Below, in pieces: positions 54,959-64,000 of a DNA stretch of 64,000 nucleotides. This DNA comes from an uncultured Bacteroidota bacterium (GTDB lineage: Bacteria > Bacteroidota > Bacteroidia > Flavobacteriales > Flavobacteriaceae), in the NCBI GenBank assembly GCA_902586905.1, contig CACIJH010000006.1:9874-73873 (forward strand), given 5' to 3'. Every line of letters begins with the position of its first letter. The stretch's first letter is position 1. A program made the position numbers and the translations under genes. The notes below the pieces were generated by a model. That model was not told the DNA's origin, did no database searches, and saw only the letters and a list, made by a program, of their open reading frames with translations.

Positions 54959-56647
54959 ATGCGCTGGCTTGTTCAACCCAACCCCAACCAAGAAACTGTG
55001 CAATCACTTGCCAAAGCATTGAGTGTACCATCGGTTGTTGCGCAACTCTTGGTGCAAAGAGGCGTTACCACTTTTGATGCAGCCAAACAATTTTTTCGTC
55101 CCGATTGGAGTTATCTGCACGATCCTTTTTTAATGAAAGACATGAAGAAAGCAGTTGATCGTTTACAAGATGCCATCAAGAATAACGAGACCATAATGGT
55201 ATTTGGCGATTATGACGTAGATGGTACAAGTGCTGTGGCATTGCTTGTTCATTATTTGAGGAGTCAAAAGTGCAATGTCATTTCATACATCCCTGATCGC
55301 TATGCTGAGGGCTATGGTCTTTCACAGCAAGGCATCGACAAGGCAGTTGATGAAGGGGTTGGTTTGATTTTCACATTGGATTGTGGTATCAAGGCAGTTG
55401 ACTTGATTGCTGATGCCAACCAAAAGGGGCTTGATGTCATCATTTGTGACCACCATACTCCAGGCGAGCAACTCCCTGCTGCACATGCAGTTTTGGATCC
55501 CAAGCGACCCGATTGCAGCTATCCCTTTGATGGCCTTTGTGGATGCGGAGTAGTGTTTAAACTCATCCAAGCCCATGCAAGCACATTGGGAATTAAAGTA
55601 CAAGAATTACAGCACTATTTAGATTTGGTAGCAACAGCATCAGCGGCAGATATTGTGCCCATTCTCGACGAAAATCGGGTGCTTGCCTATTTTGGGATGC
55701 AAGTCTATCAGCAGTCTCCACGTCCTGGGTTGATGGCCTTGTTGGGCGAACGAAAACAACGAGCAATCACTGTTACCGATCTGGTTTTTCGAGTAGCACC
55801 GCGCATCAATGCAGCTGGGCGTATGAAGCATGGCACCTATGCAGTGGAGCTATTGTTGAGTGAAACGACCGAGGAGGCAAACAAACGTGCCGAGGCGATT
55901 GAAGCCTTTAATGAGGATCGAAAAGCACTGGACAGAGACATCACAGAACAGGCCTTGGCACAAATCCAAGAGAGTGATCAAACCAACAAAACGAGTACAG
56001 TTGTTTATGATCCAAATTGGCATAAGGGGGTTATTGGGATTGTTGCCTCACGACTGATCGAAACCCACTACAAACCAACAGTTGTGTTCACTCGTTCTGG
56101 GGATGTGCTCACTGCGTCAGCACGATCGGTTCGGGGGTTTGATTTGTATGCAGCCTTATCCAAATGCCAAGATTATATGATACAATTTGGGGGTCATAAA
56201 TATGCTGCTGGATTGACAATCAGGCCCGAACAGTATGATGGTTTTTGTAAGTGTTTTGAACAGGTTGTATCTAGACAAATTCAACCCGATCAGCAAGAGC
56301 GAACCTTGCGAATTGACATGGAAATCCCTATCGAAGAAATCACGCCTAAGTTTTATCGAATCATCAATCAGATGGCACCATTTGGCCCTGGCAATATGCG
56401 ACCGGTGTTGTTGTCAAAAGGGGTTACTGATCGAGGATATGCCAAGCGAGTTGGTTCTGACGAGAACCATCTCAAGTGTTCGTTTGTGGCGGGTGCCCAA
56501 TCGATTGATGCCATTGGTTTTGGCTTGGGAAATGACTTAGACATCGTACAATCTTCGACTTGTGACATTGCCTATGTAGTTGATGAAAATGAGTGGAATG
56601 GCAAAACGAGCTTGCAGTTAAATCTCAAGGGGATTCAAAAAATATGA
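54959..56647 (+). CDS. recJ: Single-stranded-DNA-specific exonuclease RecJ
   Basis: DHH motifs VFGDYDVDGTS, DCG and ICDHH, with the DHHA1 motif GGHKYAAG. Start set at MRWLVQPN, 2 nt after the rsmI stop. Confidence 0.93.
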   Translation: MRWLVQPNPNQETVQSLAKALSVPSVVAQLLVQRGVTTFDAAKQFFRPDWSYLHDPFLMKDMKKAVDRLQDAIKNNETIMVFGDYDVDGTSAVALLVHYLRSQKCNVISYIPDRYAEGYGLSQQGIDKAVDEGVGLIFTLDCGIKAVDLIADANQKGLDVIICDHHTPGEQLPAAHAVLDPKRPDCSYPFDGLCGCGVVFKLIQAHASTLGIKVQELQHYLDLVATASAADIVPILDENRVLAYFGMQVYQQSPRPGLMALLGERKQRAITVTDLVFRVAPRINAAGRMKHGTYAVELLLSETTEEANKRAEAIEAFNEDRKALDRDITEQALAQIQESDQTNKTSTVVYDPNWHKGVIGIVASRLIETHYKPTVVFTRSGDVLTASARSVRGFDLYAALSKCQDYMIQFGGHKYAAGLTIRPEQYDGFCKCFEQVVSRQIQPDQQERTLRIDMEIPIEEITPKFYRIINQMAPFGPGNMRPVLLSKGVTDRGYAKRVGSDENHLKCSFVAGAQSIDAIGFGLGNDLDIVQSSTCDIAYVVDENEWNGKTSLQLNLKGIQKI

Positions 56648-56652
56648 CTAGC

Positions 56653-57681
56653 TTATTCCCAGAGATTTTCAGCATCTTCTCCGCCCCATAACAGGGTTAC
56701 TAAGTATGGGTTATCAATAAATGGGTTCCGATTGCCTTGCGCTTGTTCAATCACATTGTTGCGTTGTCTTTCAAAATCCGATACTGGATCTTCAATATTC
56801 CATCGAACAAACAAATCTATATTGCCAATTGCTGTGATGCTTTCGTCATATCGAATAGAAAGATAAAATATCATTCTTGCAACATCACCTTTCCATTCGT
56901 CTCCAGGGTACCACCTTTGTGATTTTATGCCATACTCACCAGACCCACCGATAAATGAAAAATTACTTTTATCAGCGTTTACTTGATCATTACAAACCCT
57001 TAAGTGATGTAAATCCGTAACCGCATCATTATCTTTTAGTTTGGATTGTGGGTACACATGTTCTGTATTAAAGGTTTGTGGTTTGTAGGAATTGTTAGGG
57101 GAAGTATATTCTTCCCAATACCTTCTTTCTCCCGAGTATATTAGAACGACATTTTCGGAATCGATAAGATCAGCATCGGCTGTGTATAAAAAATTATGTC
57201 TTTCAGTGTAGGTTAAAATATTGCTGTGGAATTTTTGAGTAAGCTCGCTTACTACCTGGTGGTTTGTATCATTATCTGTACACAAAGTTAAATGTCCATA
57301 GTACCCTTGTATTTCCTGTGGGAGTATAAATGAGGTCGGTGGGAGAACATTTATTTGAACACTAGAAACAGAGCAATTGGATGGGTCTGCAGATGCACAC
57401 AACTCATATTCAAACTGATCTTCCCCTATAAAATCAGTGGCTGGGGTGTACACAATGTGACGATTATTAACCACGACTTTTCCACCCTCACGGGTAGTAC
57501 CATCAACGGATAAAATTATATTACCACCGAATGAATCGTTGAATAAAAGTTTCTTAAATGTTCGTTCAAAATTTTGAACTGAAGAAACATGGTCATCAAT
57601 AGCTTCAATAAAATTATTTTCATTATTAGAGGAACATCCAAACACACACACAAAACACAATGTTAGTACGAAGTCACGCAT
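56653..57681 (-). CDS. Secreted lipoprotein: Ig-like domain fused to an Endonuclease I (EndA/Vvn-type) domain
   Basis: Lipobox VFGCSS. Ig-like segment ...VYTPATDFIGEDQFEYEL. Endonuclease-I motifs FNTEHVYPQS, DLHHLRVCNDQVNADKSN, GDVARMIFY and RNPFIDNP. Confidence 0.8.
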   Translation of the reverse strand: MRDFVLTLCFVCVFGCSSNNENNFIEAIDDHVSSVQNFERTFKKLLFNDSFGGNIILSVDGTTREGGKVVVNNRHIVYTPATDFIGEDQFEYELCASADPSNCSVSSVQINVLPPTSFILPQEIQGYYGHLTLCTDNDTNHQVVSELTQKFHSNILTYTERHNFLYTADADLIDSENVVLIYSGERRYWEEYTSPNNSYKPQTFNTEHVYPQSKLKDNDAVTDLHHLRVCNDQVNADKSNFSFIGGSGEYGIKSQRWYPGDEWKGDVARMIFYLSIRYDESITAIGNIDLFVRWNIEDPVSDFERQRNNVIEQAQGNRNPFIDNPYLVTLLWGGEDAENLWE

Positions 57682-57682
57682 G

Positions 57683-57708
57683 AAAAAAAACCCCCCAAAA
57701 GGAGGGTT
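57683..57708 (-). terminator. Rho-independent terminator after the TonB-dependent receptor gene
   Basis: The minus strand reads AACCCTCC-TTTT-GGGGGGTT followed by TTTTTT. The U-run ends 1 nt before the nuclease ATG. Confidence 0.7.
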
Positions 57709-57729
57709 AATTTTAGATTTGAAAATTGC

Positions 57730-60072
57730 TTAGAATTTATATTTAAAACCTAAGGTCCATGTTCTTAGATAACCTGGATCTACGCGATTGCTAGTATCTA
57801 TCCCTCTCCATACAGTACTATCACCTGTCACAGGATAATTCCTTGTCATTTCTTCAATATATTTTGTGTCAAACAAGTTATAAACACCAAGTCTAGCTTC
57901 TAGATTATTATCCTTCAATGGAATGTCCAAGGTGTATGTCAAGTCAACTAAAGTATGCGAAGGGAGTTTAATTGTACCTGCGTTTCCTGGATTTTCAAAA
58001 ACATCATCAGAGAAATTTACGCGAGCGTATAAATCTGCATAGTGATTTAAGGATAGATCAATTCTTGAACGGTCATTCACAATGTACATCATTTCAAGAC
58101 CACCTGTCGTTTGGGCAGCATCACCAACTTTTACACCATCTAGATAGGCAACATCTCCCTCACTCAAGGTTTGACCAGCCTCATTAAATGTCGTTGATTT
58201 CACATTTGAATTGTAAGTCCAATCGCCTAATGAAAAGTATGCTTTTAACATGATATCCCTTGAAGGCTTATAGAAAAACTGACCTTCAATTCCTTTATGC
58301 ACTTGAGAAATTGGATCGGATTGAGAATAAGACTGAATGACATTATTATCGTCATAATCCGTACTGGAAAGAATACGATTATCCCATGTGGTGGAATACA
58401 AATCAATGATAGCTTTGAAAGAATCTTTTTCGTAAACATAACCGAATTCAATTCCAGTGATTTCTTGGTTTTCTCCGCCAGCTATGTTTAAGTTGTTTGA
58501 GTATCTGATATTCTCGTAGAGGTCATCATGAAATGGTTGACGACTATAAATACCAAAGTTTGCATATGCCTTAGAATACTCACCAACATTGGTAGCGCCA
58601 CCGATTTTAAGATTGTAACCAGTGTTCGTAATTTTTTCTGCCTTACCAAGATCAAACATAAAATCTTCCTTCAAGTGTGATTGGCTTGAAACAGCTGCTT
58701 GAACATAATAAGAAGAATTGTCATTACTGTATTCAAGTTGGCCGAAGAGACCAGAATATGTGATATCTTCTTCATAATCGTACGAAATGTGATATTCATC
58801 TCTGCTTCCTTTTGGGAAATCAAATACAGCGTCCCATGGATTATATCCGTATGATTTCGTAGCACCTTTGTATGATGATAACCCTAAAAAGTCAGTTGGG
58901 GTTCTAAAGTGAATACCATTATAGAATCGAAAATCAAAACCTAAGTTAAAAGATAGGTTTTCATTGATTTGACTATTATAGTTGGAGACAGCTCCGTACC
59001 AGTTGTGACCGTTAACAGAGGCCTTGACAACCCCTTCTGAATTGCCTGCTGCATTTTCATCAATAATTTTACCATAGTCAATCATACCTTGGTCGGTGTA
59101 GTAAAACTTTCCTTCATTATAGGCAAACCCACCTCTACCATGTGAGCCATACAACACGGTTGATAAAGAACTATTATCATTAATTGTCCAATCCCAGCTT
59201 AGGTTGTAAATCGGCTTGTGATAAAAATTTCTTCCACCTGGGTAGATTTCACCATTTCTAACACCACCCCAATCAGCGTAATCAAAGCCTTCATCTAAAT
59301 ACTTTTGAAGACTTTCACCTCCACCGGCTCCATGCCATTGAGGAGCACCAGTGATAAATGCGTTAAAAACATTTCGATCATTAGGCTTATATCCGATGGA
59401 GAAGTAATATGTTTGGCCTTGACCTTTAGAAAACTGCATATAACCATCACCACTCCAGTGTCCTAAGAACATAGCATATGCCCAGCCCTTATCATTAAGG
59501 CCAGATGATAGATATAGAGAGTTTTTGAAATAATTGTTATTTCCAATCATCGATTTGTAAACGCCACCTTCTTTAGTATCTACAGTTTTTGTGACAATGT
59601 TAACTGTACCACCAACGGATGAAATGGCAAGCTTTGATGAACCTAGACCTCTTTGAATCTCTATTTCATCTGCGACATCAATCATACCGCTCCAATTTGA
59701 CCAATACATTTTCCCATCCTCAACTCCATTAATTGGTTGACCATTGATAAGAAATGCAGTATTTGTTTGATCAAACCCACGCAAATACATTTTCCCATCA
59801 CCAAAACCAGCTCCTCTATTAATTTGCACAGATGGGGTTGATCTCATAACTTCAATTAAATCAAAAGAACCACCTTTTCTTTCAATTTCAGCAGTTTTAA
59901 TGTTACTTACTGCTATCGGAGTTTCACGATCTTTTGCAAGGTCAATAATTCCGCTCATAACAACCACCTCTTCAAGATCTGTTGTAACAATCTCTTTTTC
60001 TTGCTCCTCGTCTTGAGCAAATACTGCAACAGCAACAAAGCTGAAGAACATACTTAAAATTATTTTTTTCAT
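57730..60072 (-). CDS. TonB-dependent outer-membrane receptor
   Basis: Signal peptide and plug-domain motifs (IEVMRSTPSVQI, LRGFD..NTAFLINGQPIN). 780 aa, with a C-terminal ...TLGFKYKF aromatic terminus. Confidence 0.9.
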   Translation of the reverse strand: MKKIILSMFFSFVAVAVFAQDEEQEKEIVTTDLEEVVVMSGIIDLAKDRETPIAVSNIKTAEIERKGGSFDLIEVMRSTPSVQINRGAGFGDGKMYLRGFDQTNTAFLINGQPINGVEDGKMYWSNWSGMIDVADEIEIQRGLGSSKLAISSVGGTVNIVTKTVDTKEGGVYKSMIGNNNYFKNSLYLSSGLNDKGWAYAMFLGHWSGDGYMQFSKGQGQTYYFSIGYKPNDRNVFNAFITGAPQWHGAGGGESLQKYLDEGFDYADWGGVRNGEIYPGGRNFYHKPIYNLSWDWTINDNSSLSTVLYGSHGRGGFAYNEGKFYYTDQGMIDYGKIIDENAAGNSEGVVKASVNGHNWYGAVSNYNSQINENLSFNLGFDFRFYNGIHFRTPTDFLGLSSYKGATKSYGYNPWDAVFDFPKGSRDEYHISYDYEEDITYSGLFGQLEYSNDNSSYYVQAAVSSQSHLKEDFMFDLGKAEKITNTGYNLKIGGATNVGEYSKAYANFGIYSRQPFHDDLYENIRYSNNLNIAGGENQEITGIEFGYVYEKDSFKAIIDLYSTTWDNRILSSTDYDDNNVIQSYSQSDPISQVHKGIEGQFFYKPSRDIMLKAYFSLGDWTYNSNVKSTTFNEAGQTLSEGDVAYLDGVKVGDAAQTTGGLEMMYIVNDRSRIDLSLNHYADLYARVNFSDDVFENPGNAGTIKLPSHTLVDLTYTLDIPLKDNNLEARLGVYNLFDTKYIEEMTRNYPVTGDSTVWRGIDTSNRVDPGYLRTWTLGFKYKF

Positions 60073-60165
60073 ATAATTAATATAGTTAAATTAGTTTGTG
60101 ACACAAATATATTGATTAATCAAGTGATGATGTTAACAAATTGCTATGGATTTCTCAACAATTCA

Positions 60166-61779
60166 TTAACGATTATACACACGAAGTAAATTCGAAGTTG
60201 AACTATCGTGTGCACCCCCTTTTTTGTTGACAATTTCTTTTAAAATTGTACTCGCCAATTGCTTACCCAGTTCCACGCCCCATTGGTCGTAACTGTAGAT
60301 ATTCCAAAGGATACCCTCCACAAAAATTTTGTGCTCATACATCGCAACGAGTTTACCCAAACTAGAAGGTGTGAGCTTGTCAACCAGCAGGGTTGTTGTG
60401 GGCTTGTTCCCAGCAAAGACTTTATAGGGCAACAAGGATTCATCGACTCCTTCACTGCGAACCACTTCTTCCGACTTCCCTTTCATTAAGGCTTCGGTTT
60501 GTGCAAAAAAGTTTGCCATCAGTTTATCGTGATGATCTTGCTTGCCATGCAGGGGTTTTTTAAAGCCAATAAAATGGGCAGGAATCAGCTTGGTTCCTTG
60601 ATGAATCAATTGAAAAAAGGCGTGTTGGGAATTGGTGCCTGGCTCTCCCCAAATCAGATTTCCTGTTTGATAGTCAACAGTATTGCCCTCGCGGTCAACA
60701 CTCTTCCCATTGCTCTCCATAATGCCTTGTTGCAAGTAGGCAGGCAAACGGTGGAGGTATTGGGTGTAGGGGATAATTGCTTCGCTTTCTGCTCCATGAA
60801 AGTTATTGTACCACAAGGTGATCAGCGCAAGGACGACAGGGATGTTTTCATGCAAAGGCGTGTTCGCAAAATGTGTATCCATGGCGTGAGCCCCTTGAAG
60901 AAGTTCTTCAAAATGATCTGAACCAACGCCTAGGGCAATCGATAGTCCGACAGCGCTCCACAAGGAAAAACGCCCACCAACCCAATCGTTCATTGGAAAC
61001 ACATTGTTGGGATCAATTCCAAAGTCGTTGATCATTTGCAAATTGGTTGATACTGCTACAAAGTGATTGGCTACAGCCTTTTCTCCGAGGGCATCCACCA
61101 GCCACTGTTTGGCAGTGGTCGCATTGCTCAGGGTTTCTTGGGTTGTAAAGGACTTCGACACCACCACAAACAGAGTCGTTTCTGGGTTTAGGTTTTGAAG
61201 GACTTCAGTTACATGATCCCCATCTACGTTGGACATAAAGTGCAAGTTGAGATGGGTTTTATAATATGCAAGTGCTTCTGTAATCATCACAGGCCCCAAG
61301 TCCGAACCTCCTATGCCGATGTTCACAACGTCGGTAAAAGCTTGTCCGTTGCTGCTGCTAATGCTTCCGTTAATCACCCCTTGGCTAAAGCTTTTGATTT
61401 GATCGATGACGGCATGAACGCCTGGGATAATATTTTCATCATCCACTCGAACGTCCTGATTGCTAGGGGAACGCAGGGCAGTGTGCAGTACTGGTCTCCC
61501 TTCTGTGGCGTTGATGATCGACCCACCAAAGTAGTGATTCATCGCTTCTTTGAGTTGGCATTCTTCTGCGAGTGCAGTCAACAGATCGAGGGTCTCTTGC
61601 GTCAGGTGATTTTTGGAAAAATCGACATAAAAATCTTCCCAACTAATGCGAAACTGCTCTCCCCGTTTGGGGTCATTTGCAAAAAGGTTTTGCAGCGATA
61701 CACCCTGAGTTTCTTTACAGTGTTTCTGTAGTTTTTTCCAAGCTGTCGTCGTCGTTGGATTAATTGTTGGTAATGGCAT
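60166..61779 (-). CDS. pgi: Glucose-6-phosphate isomerase
   Basis: IGIGGSDLGP, SKSFTTQET and GEPGTNSQHAFFQLIHQG. Start preferred at MPLPTINP (61779); the track start is 61803. Confidence 0.95.
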   Translation of the reverse strand: MPLPTINPTTTTAWKKLQKHCKETQGVSLQNLFANDPKRGEQFRISWEDFYVDFSKNHLTQETLDLLTALAEECQLKEAMNHYFGGSIINATEGRPVLHTALRSPSNQDVRVDDENIIPGVHAVIDQIKSFSQGVINGSISSSNGQAFTDVVNIGIGGSDLGPVMITEALAYYKTHLNLHFMSNVDGDHVTEVLQNLNPETTLFVVVSKSFTTQETLSNATTAKQWLVDALGEKAVANHFVAVSTNLQMINDFGIDPNNVFPMNDWVGGRFSLWSAVGLSIALGVGSDHFEELLQGAHAMDTHFANTPLHENIPVVLALITLWYNNFHGAESEAIIPYTQYLHRLPAYLQQGIMESNGKSVDREGNTVDYQTGNLIWGEPGTNSQHAFFQLIHQGTKLIPAHFIGFKKPLHGKQDHHDKLMANFFAQTEALMKGKSEEVVRSEGVDESLLPYKVFAGNKPTTTLLVDKLTPSSLGKLVAMYEHKIFVEGILWNIYSYDQWGVELGKQLASTILKEIVNKKGGAHDSSTSNLLRVYNR

Positions 61780-63010
61780 TGGTATTTGTTTTTTGTTCTT
61801 CAAAATAAATGCAATCGAGTTTGTCCTTCCACGGAATCATGTGCTGCAAATATGCATCTTTCAATTCACTTGCAATGGGTTTGGCGTCGGGTAATTTGGT
61901 TTTAAACGGATCGACCTGTTTTCCATTTTTCCAAAAGCGATAGCACACATGCGGACCTGAAGTATATCCAGTCATTCCGACAGTTCCTATATAATCCCCT
62001 TGATTGACATATTTTCCCACGCGAACCCCTCTTTTTTTCATGTGGAGGTACTGGGTCGAATAGGTTGCATTGTGACGGATGGTTACATAATTACCATTCC
62101 CTCGAGTATAGCCTGACTTGACAACTGTTCCTGCTGCTGTTGCGCGAATGGGCGTACCGACGGGAGCAGCAAAGTCTGTTCCCAAATGGGGTTTGACACG
62201 ACCATAATAAGCAATGCGACGTTTGGTGTTATAGCGAGATGAAATCCGTGAAAAATTGACAGGTGCTCGTAAGAAGACACGACGAAGATTTTTCCCTTTT
62301 TCATCAAAAAATTCAGTGATTCCACGAACAGAATCCAATTCGAATTCGATAGCGTAAATCGGTTTTCCACGATGCTCAAAATAAGCAGCATGCACCCTGT
62401 TGTGTCCCACAAAAACAGAGTCATTTACATATTTCTCTGTGTAAAGTACCTTGAACCGATCGCCTTTTTCCAAACGAAAGAAGTCGATTGTCCAGGCGTA
62501 GATATCCGACATATCATAGGCAACCAGTGGACTGAGGCCTTGCTCGTCGAGAGTTTCATACAAGGAACTATTGATGACGCCCCAGGATTGGCGTTCGAGT
62601 AGCTTGACTTCTTTTTGGTCTTTTTTTGCCCACAGAGAATCGGTGAGTCTGACGGTTACATAGTCAATCGCGCTGGGCTGATAAATTAAAAATTCGGGGG
62701 TTTGCAATGAGTCCTTTCTACGCAGTATGGTATAAGGTCTTCCTGTGCGGATTTTACGAAAGTTATATGCCTTTTTCGCAACAGTATTGATGTTGTAAAT
62801 CTGTGGATAATAGATGCCATATTTTTCCAAAATCCCACCAAAGCTATCCCCACGCACAACAGTATCTCTCACCACATGATAGTCGTTGAGTAAAAAACCA
62901 AACTCAAAGACTTGTGGTTCAACTGGCTTTGCTGGTTCACGTTCTGCACGCGATCCACAGGCTGAAACAAGACCAGCCAAAACAATAAAAAGTATAAAGT
63001 GTTTATTCAT
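61760..63010 (-). CDS. M23-family metallopeptidase lipoprotein
   Basis: Lipobox LVSACGS. HLGTDFAAPVGTPI, GNGNYVTIRH and GPHVCYRFW zinc-site motifs. Confidence 0.85.
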   Translation of the reverse strand: MNKHFILFIVLAGLVSACGSRAEREPAKPVEPQVFEFGFLLNDYHVVRDTVVRGDSFGGILEKYGIYYPQIYNINTVAKKAYNFRKIRTGRPYTILRRKDSLQTPEFLIYQPSAIDYVTVRLTDSLWAKKDQKEVKLLERQSWGVINSSLYETLDEQGLSPLVAYDMSDIYAWTIDFFRLEKGDRFKVLYTEKYVNDSVFVGHNRVHAAYFEHRGKPIYAIEFELDSVRGITEFFDEKGKNLRRVFLRAPVNFSRISSRYNTKRRIAYYGRVKPHLGTDFAAPVGTPIRATAAGTVVKSGYTRGNGNYVTIRHNATYSTQYLHMKKRGVRVGKYVNQGDYIGTVGMTGYTSGPHVCYRFWKNGKQVDPFKTKLPDAKPIASELKDAYLQHMIPWKDKLDCIYFEEQKTNTNAITNN

Positions 63011-63833
63011 TTACAATAATATTAAAGGGGTGTTTTAGACCCTTAAAATCTACTAAATCGACATCGAGAGAACCCACGCTCAACTCTGCAACTACTTTAA
63101 TGGGGACTCTATTGTTGTCATTGCTTACCCAAAGCGACAGTCCACTCTCTTTTTTAAAAATTCGCCCTTCTTCAACATAGGGCCGAAATTTGACACAAGG
63201 AACCACCCCAAACTTGGTTTTGACGTTTTCATACCCAAGAAATCGAAACCGAAATGCAAATGGTTTTTTGTCATAAATCATATGTAGGGAAGCAGTCTCT
63301 CCAACTTGAATCCCTTCCAAATCAAAATGGTTTCTCAAAAAATAAAAGGTAGAAACCAGGTCTTGTAGGTTTGGGGCAAAGTCAATTTCAGTTTTGGTTT
63401 TTCTCAGCAAATCGTTCATGATGCCCGATTGAGTGTTGTGGTCAAAGTCAATTTCAACATGACGCTTATAGTTTCCCTCTGAAATATTGCGCACAAAACG
63501 AATGGGGCGAACAATATCTTTTTCAAAATAACTATCAAAGTAGTCATCGACTTTAAAAAACCAACGTGCAAAGCCTGTTGTTTTTCCAGTCGCAGCAACA
63601 TGATATACAGCTTGGTCTTTGAAGGTTGTTTCTCGGACTGTAGCTGTTGCATAACTGGCATTGAGAAAGCCATAGCGCATTCGAAATCGAAACCATTCAC
63701 CATCTTGAAAAGCATCATTGACCTTTTGATCTGTGACAATACGATTGGATTGGATGGAGTCGCCAGTGTTTGGTTGGGCAATAGCCCCTGGGAAAAAGAT
63801 GAGGAAAAGGATGAAATGTCGAATCAAATACAT
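63003..63833 (-). CDS. Secreted DUF3108-like protein
   Basis: Signal peptide, and a GEWFRFRMRYGFLNASYATATV start typical of the family as I remember it. ATG at 63833 is preferred to TTG at 63836. Confidence 0.55.
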   Translation of the reverse strand: MYLIRHFILFLIFFPGAIAQPNTGDSIQSNRIVTDQKVNDAFQDGEWFRFRMRYGFLNASYATATVRETTFKDQAVYHVAATGKTTGFARWFFKVDDYFDSYFEKDIVRPIRFVRNISEGNYKRHVEIDFDHNTQSGIMNDLLRKTKTEIDFAPNLQDLVSTFYFLRNHFDLEGIQVGETASLHMIYDKKPFAFRFRFLGYENVKTKFGVVPCVKFRPYVEEGRIFKKESGLSLWVSNDNNRVPIKVVAELSVGSLDVDLVDFKGLKHPFNIIVNE

Positions 63834-63839
63834 CAATTA

Positions 63840-63847
63840 CAAAATTA
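63840..63847 (-). promoter_or_regulatory. Bacteroidota -7 promoter motif candidate (TAnnTTTG)
   Basis: The minus strand reads TAATTTTG, 6 nt upstream of the ATG at 63833. The short spacing makes this weak. Confidence 0.25.
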
Positions 63848-63895
63848 AAAAAATCCCTTGACAAGATGTTTTCTTAAAATGTTAAATGTGAAGTT

Positions 63896-64000
63896 TTATT
63901 TTGCCTTCTCTTTTGCAGGGTGAAAATGGGAATAAAGTTCTTTGGCTTTTGCCGTACCAATCGCTGCACCCAGATCTTTCAACTCAGCCTCTTTGATTCG
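63896..64000 (-). CDS. 3' end of an unidentified gene (runs off the right window edge)
   Basis: My translation of the minus strand is ...RIKEAELKDLGAAIGTAKAKELYSHFHPAKEKAK*, an open frame to nt 64000. No family recognised. Confidence 0.3.
   Translation of the reverse strand, partial: RIKEAELKDLGAAIGTAKAKELYSHFHPAKEKAK

Noticed and set aside
1-64000. Scan for CRISPR arrays, IS/transposase, integrase, prophage, toxin-antitoxin, restriction-modification or other known defence genes
   Set aside because: None recognised. There are no direct-repeat arrays, no DDE/tyrosine-recombinase motifs and no typical defence domains in any ORF of 60 aa or more. tRNA-Cys has no integrated element next to it.

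Overview
This 64-kb chromosomal segment looks like a Bacteroidota (Flavobacteriia-type) genome. The pointers are inference only: GH3-family, DUF3108-, DUF2807- and DUF3575-like proteins, a TonB-dependent receptor, and TAnnTTTG motifs. All calls come from reading the ORF translations and DNA by eye, with no database or HMM search. I recognise about 60 protein genes, one tRNA-Cys and three clear intrinsic terminators. I see no rRNA, CRISPR array, transposase, integrase, phage, toxin-antitoxin or restriction-modification genes.

nt 1-25128 is a surface-polysaccharide region. One minus-strand array of about 17 genes runs from 16492 down to 557. It contains a kelch/TM/wHTH protein, a beta-barrel protein, ugd, glmS, a nucleotidyltransferase, a gmd relic, cysQ, a DUF2061-cysC fusion, cysD and cysN. 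It continues with an acetyltransferase, Wzx- and Wzy-like proteins, a candidate sulfotransferase, two glycosyltransferases and an epimerase. A divergent WecA/MraY-type initiating transferase follows, then a second minus-strand operon: M23 peptidase, GH3-like adenylating enzyme, an unknown protein with a nucleoside-phosphorylase-like C-terminus, Wza-like and Wzz-like.

The remaining 39 kb is housekeeping: tatA, pgk, holB, mnmG, ybeY, gltX, glnS, folB, rnr, rpiB, rnpA, rpmF-fabH-accB-accC, asd, alr, tdk, rsmI, recJ and pgi. It also carries peptidases, transporters and a TonB receptor next to a secreted endonuclease.

The most interesting candidate is a self-contained PAPS-synthesis and sulfotransferase module inside the glycan operon, which predicts a sulfated GlcA/amino-sugar polymer. 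Other points worth a second look:
- the translationally coupled GH3 plus phosphorylase-like pair in the export operon
- the extracytoplasmic kelch / cytoplasmic wHTH one-component protein
- a junction at about 47.84 kb that truncates both lepA and yceD
- an identical 14-bp palindrome on both flanks of mnmG
- a DnaA-box-like cluster in the rnr/rpiB intergenic region
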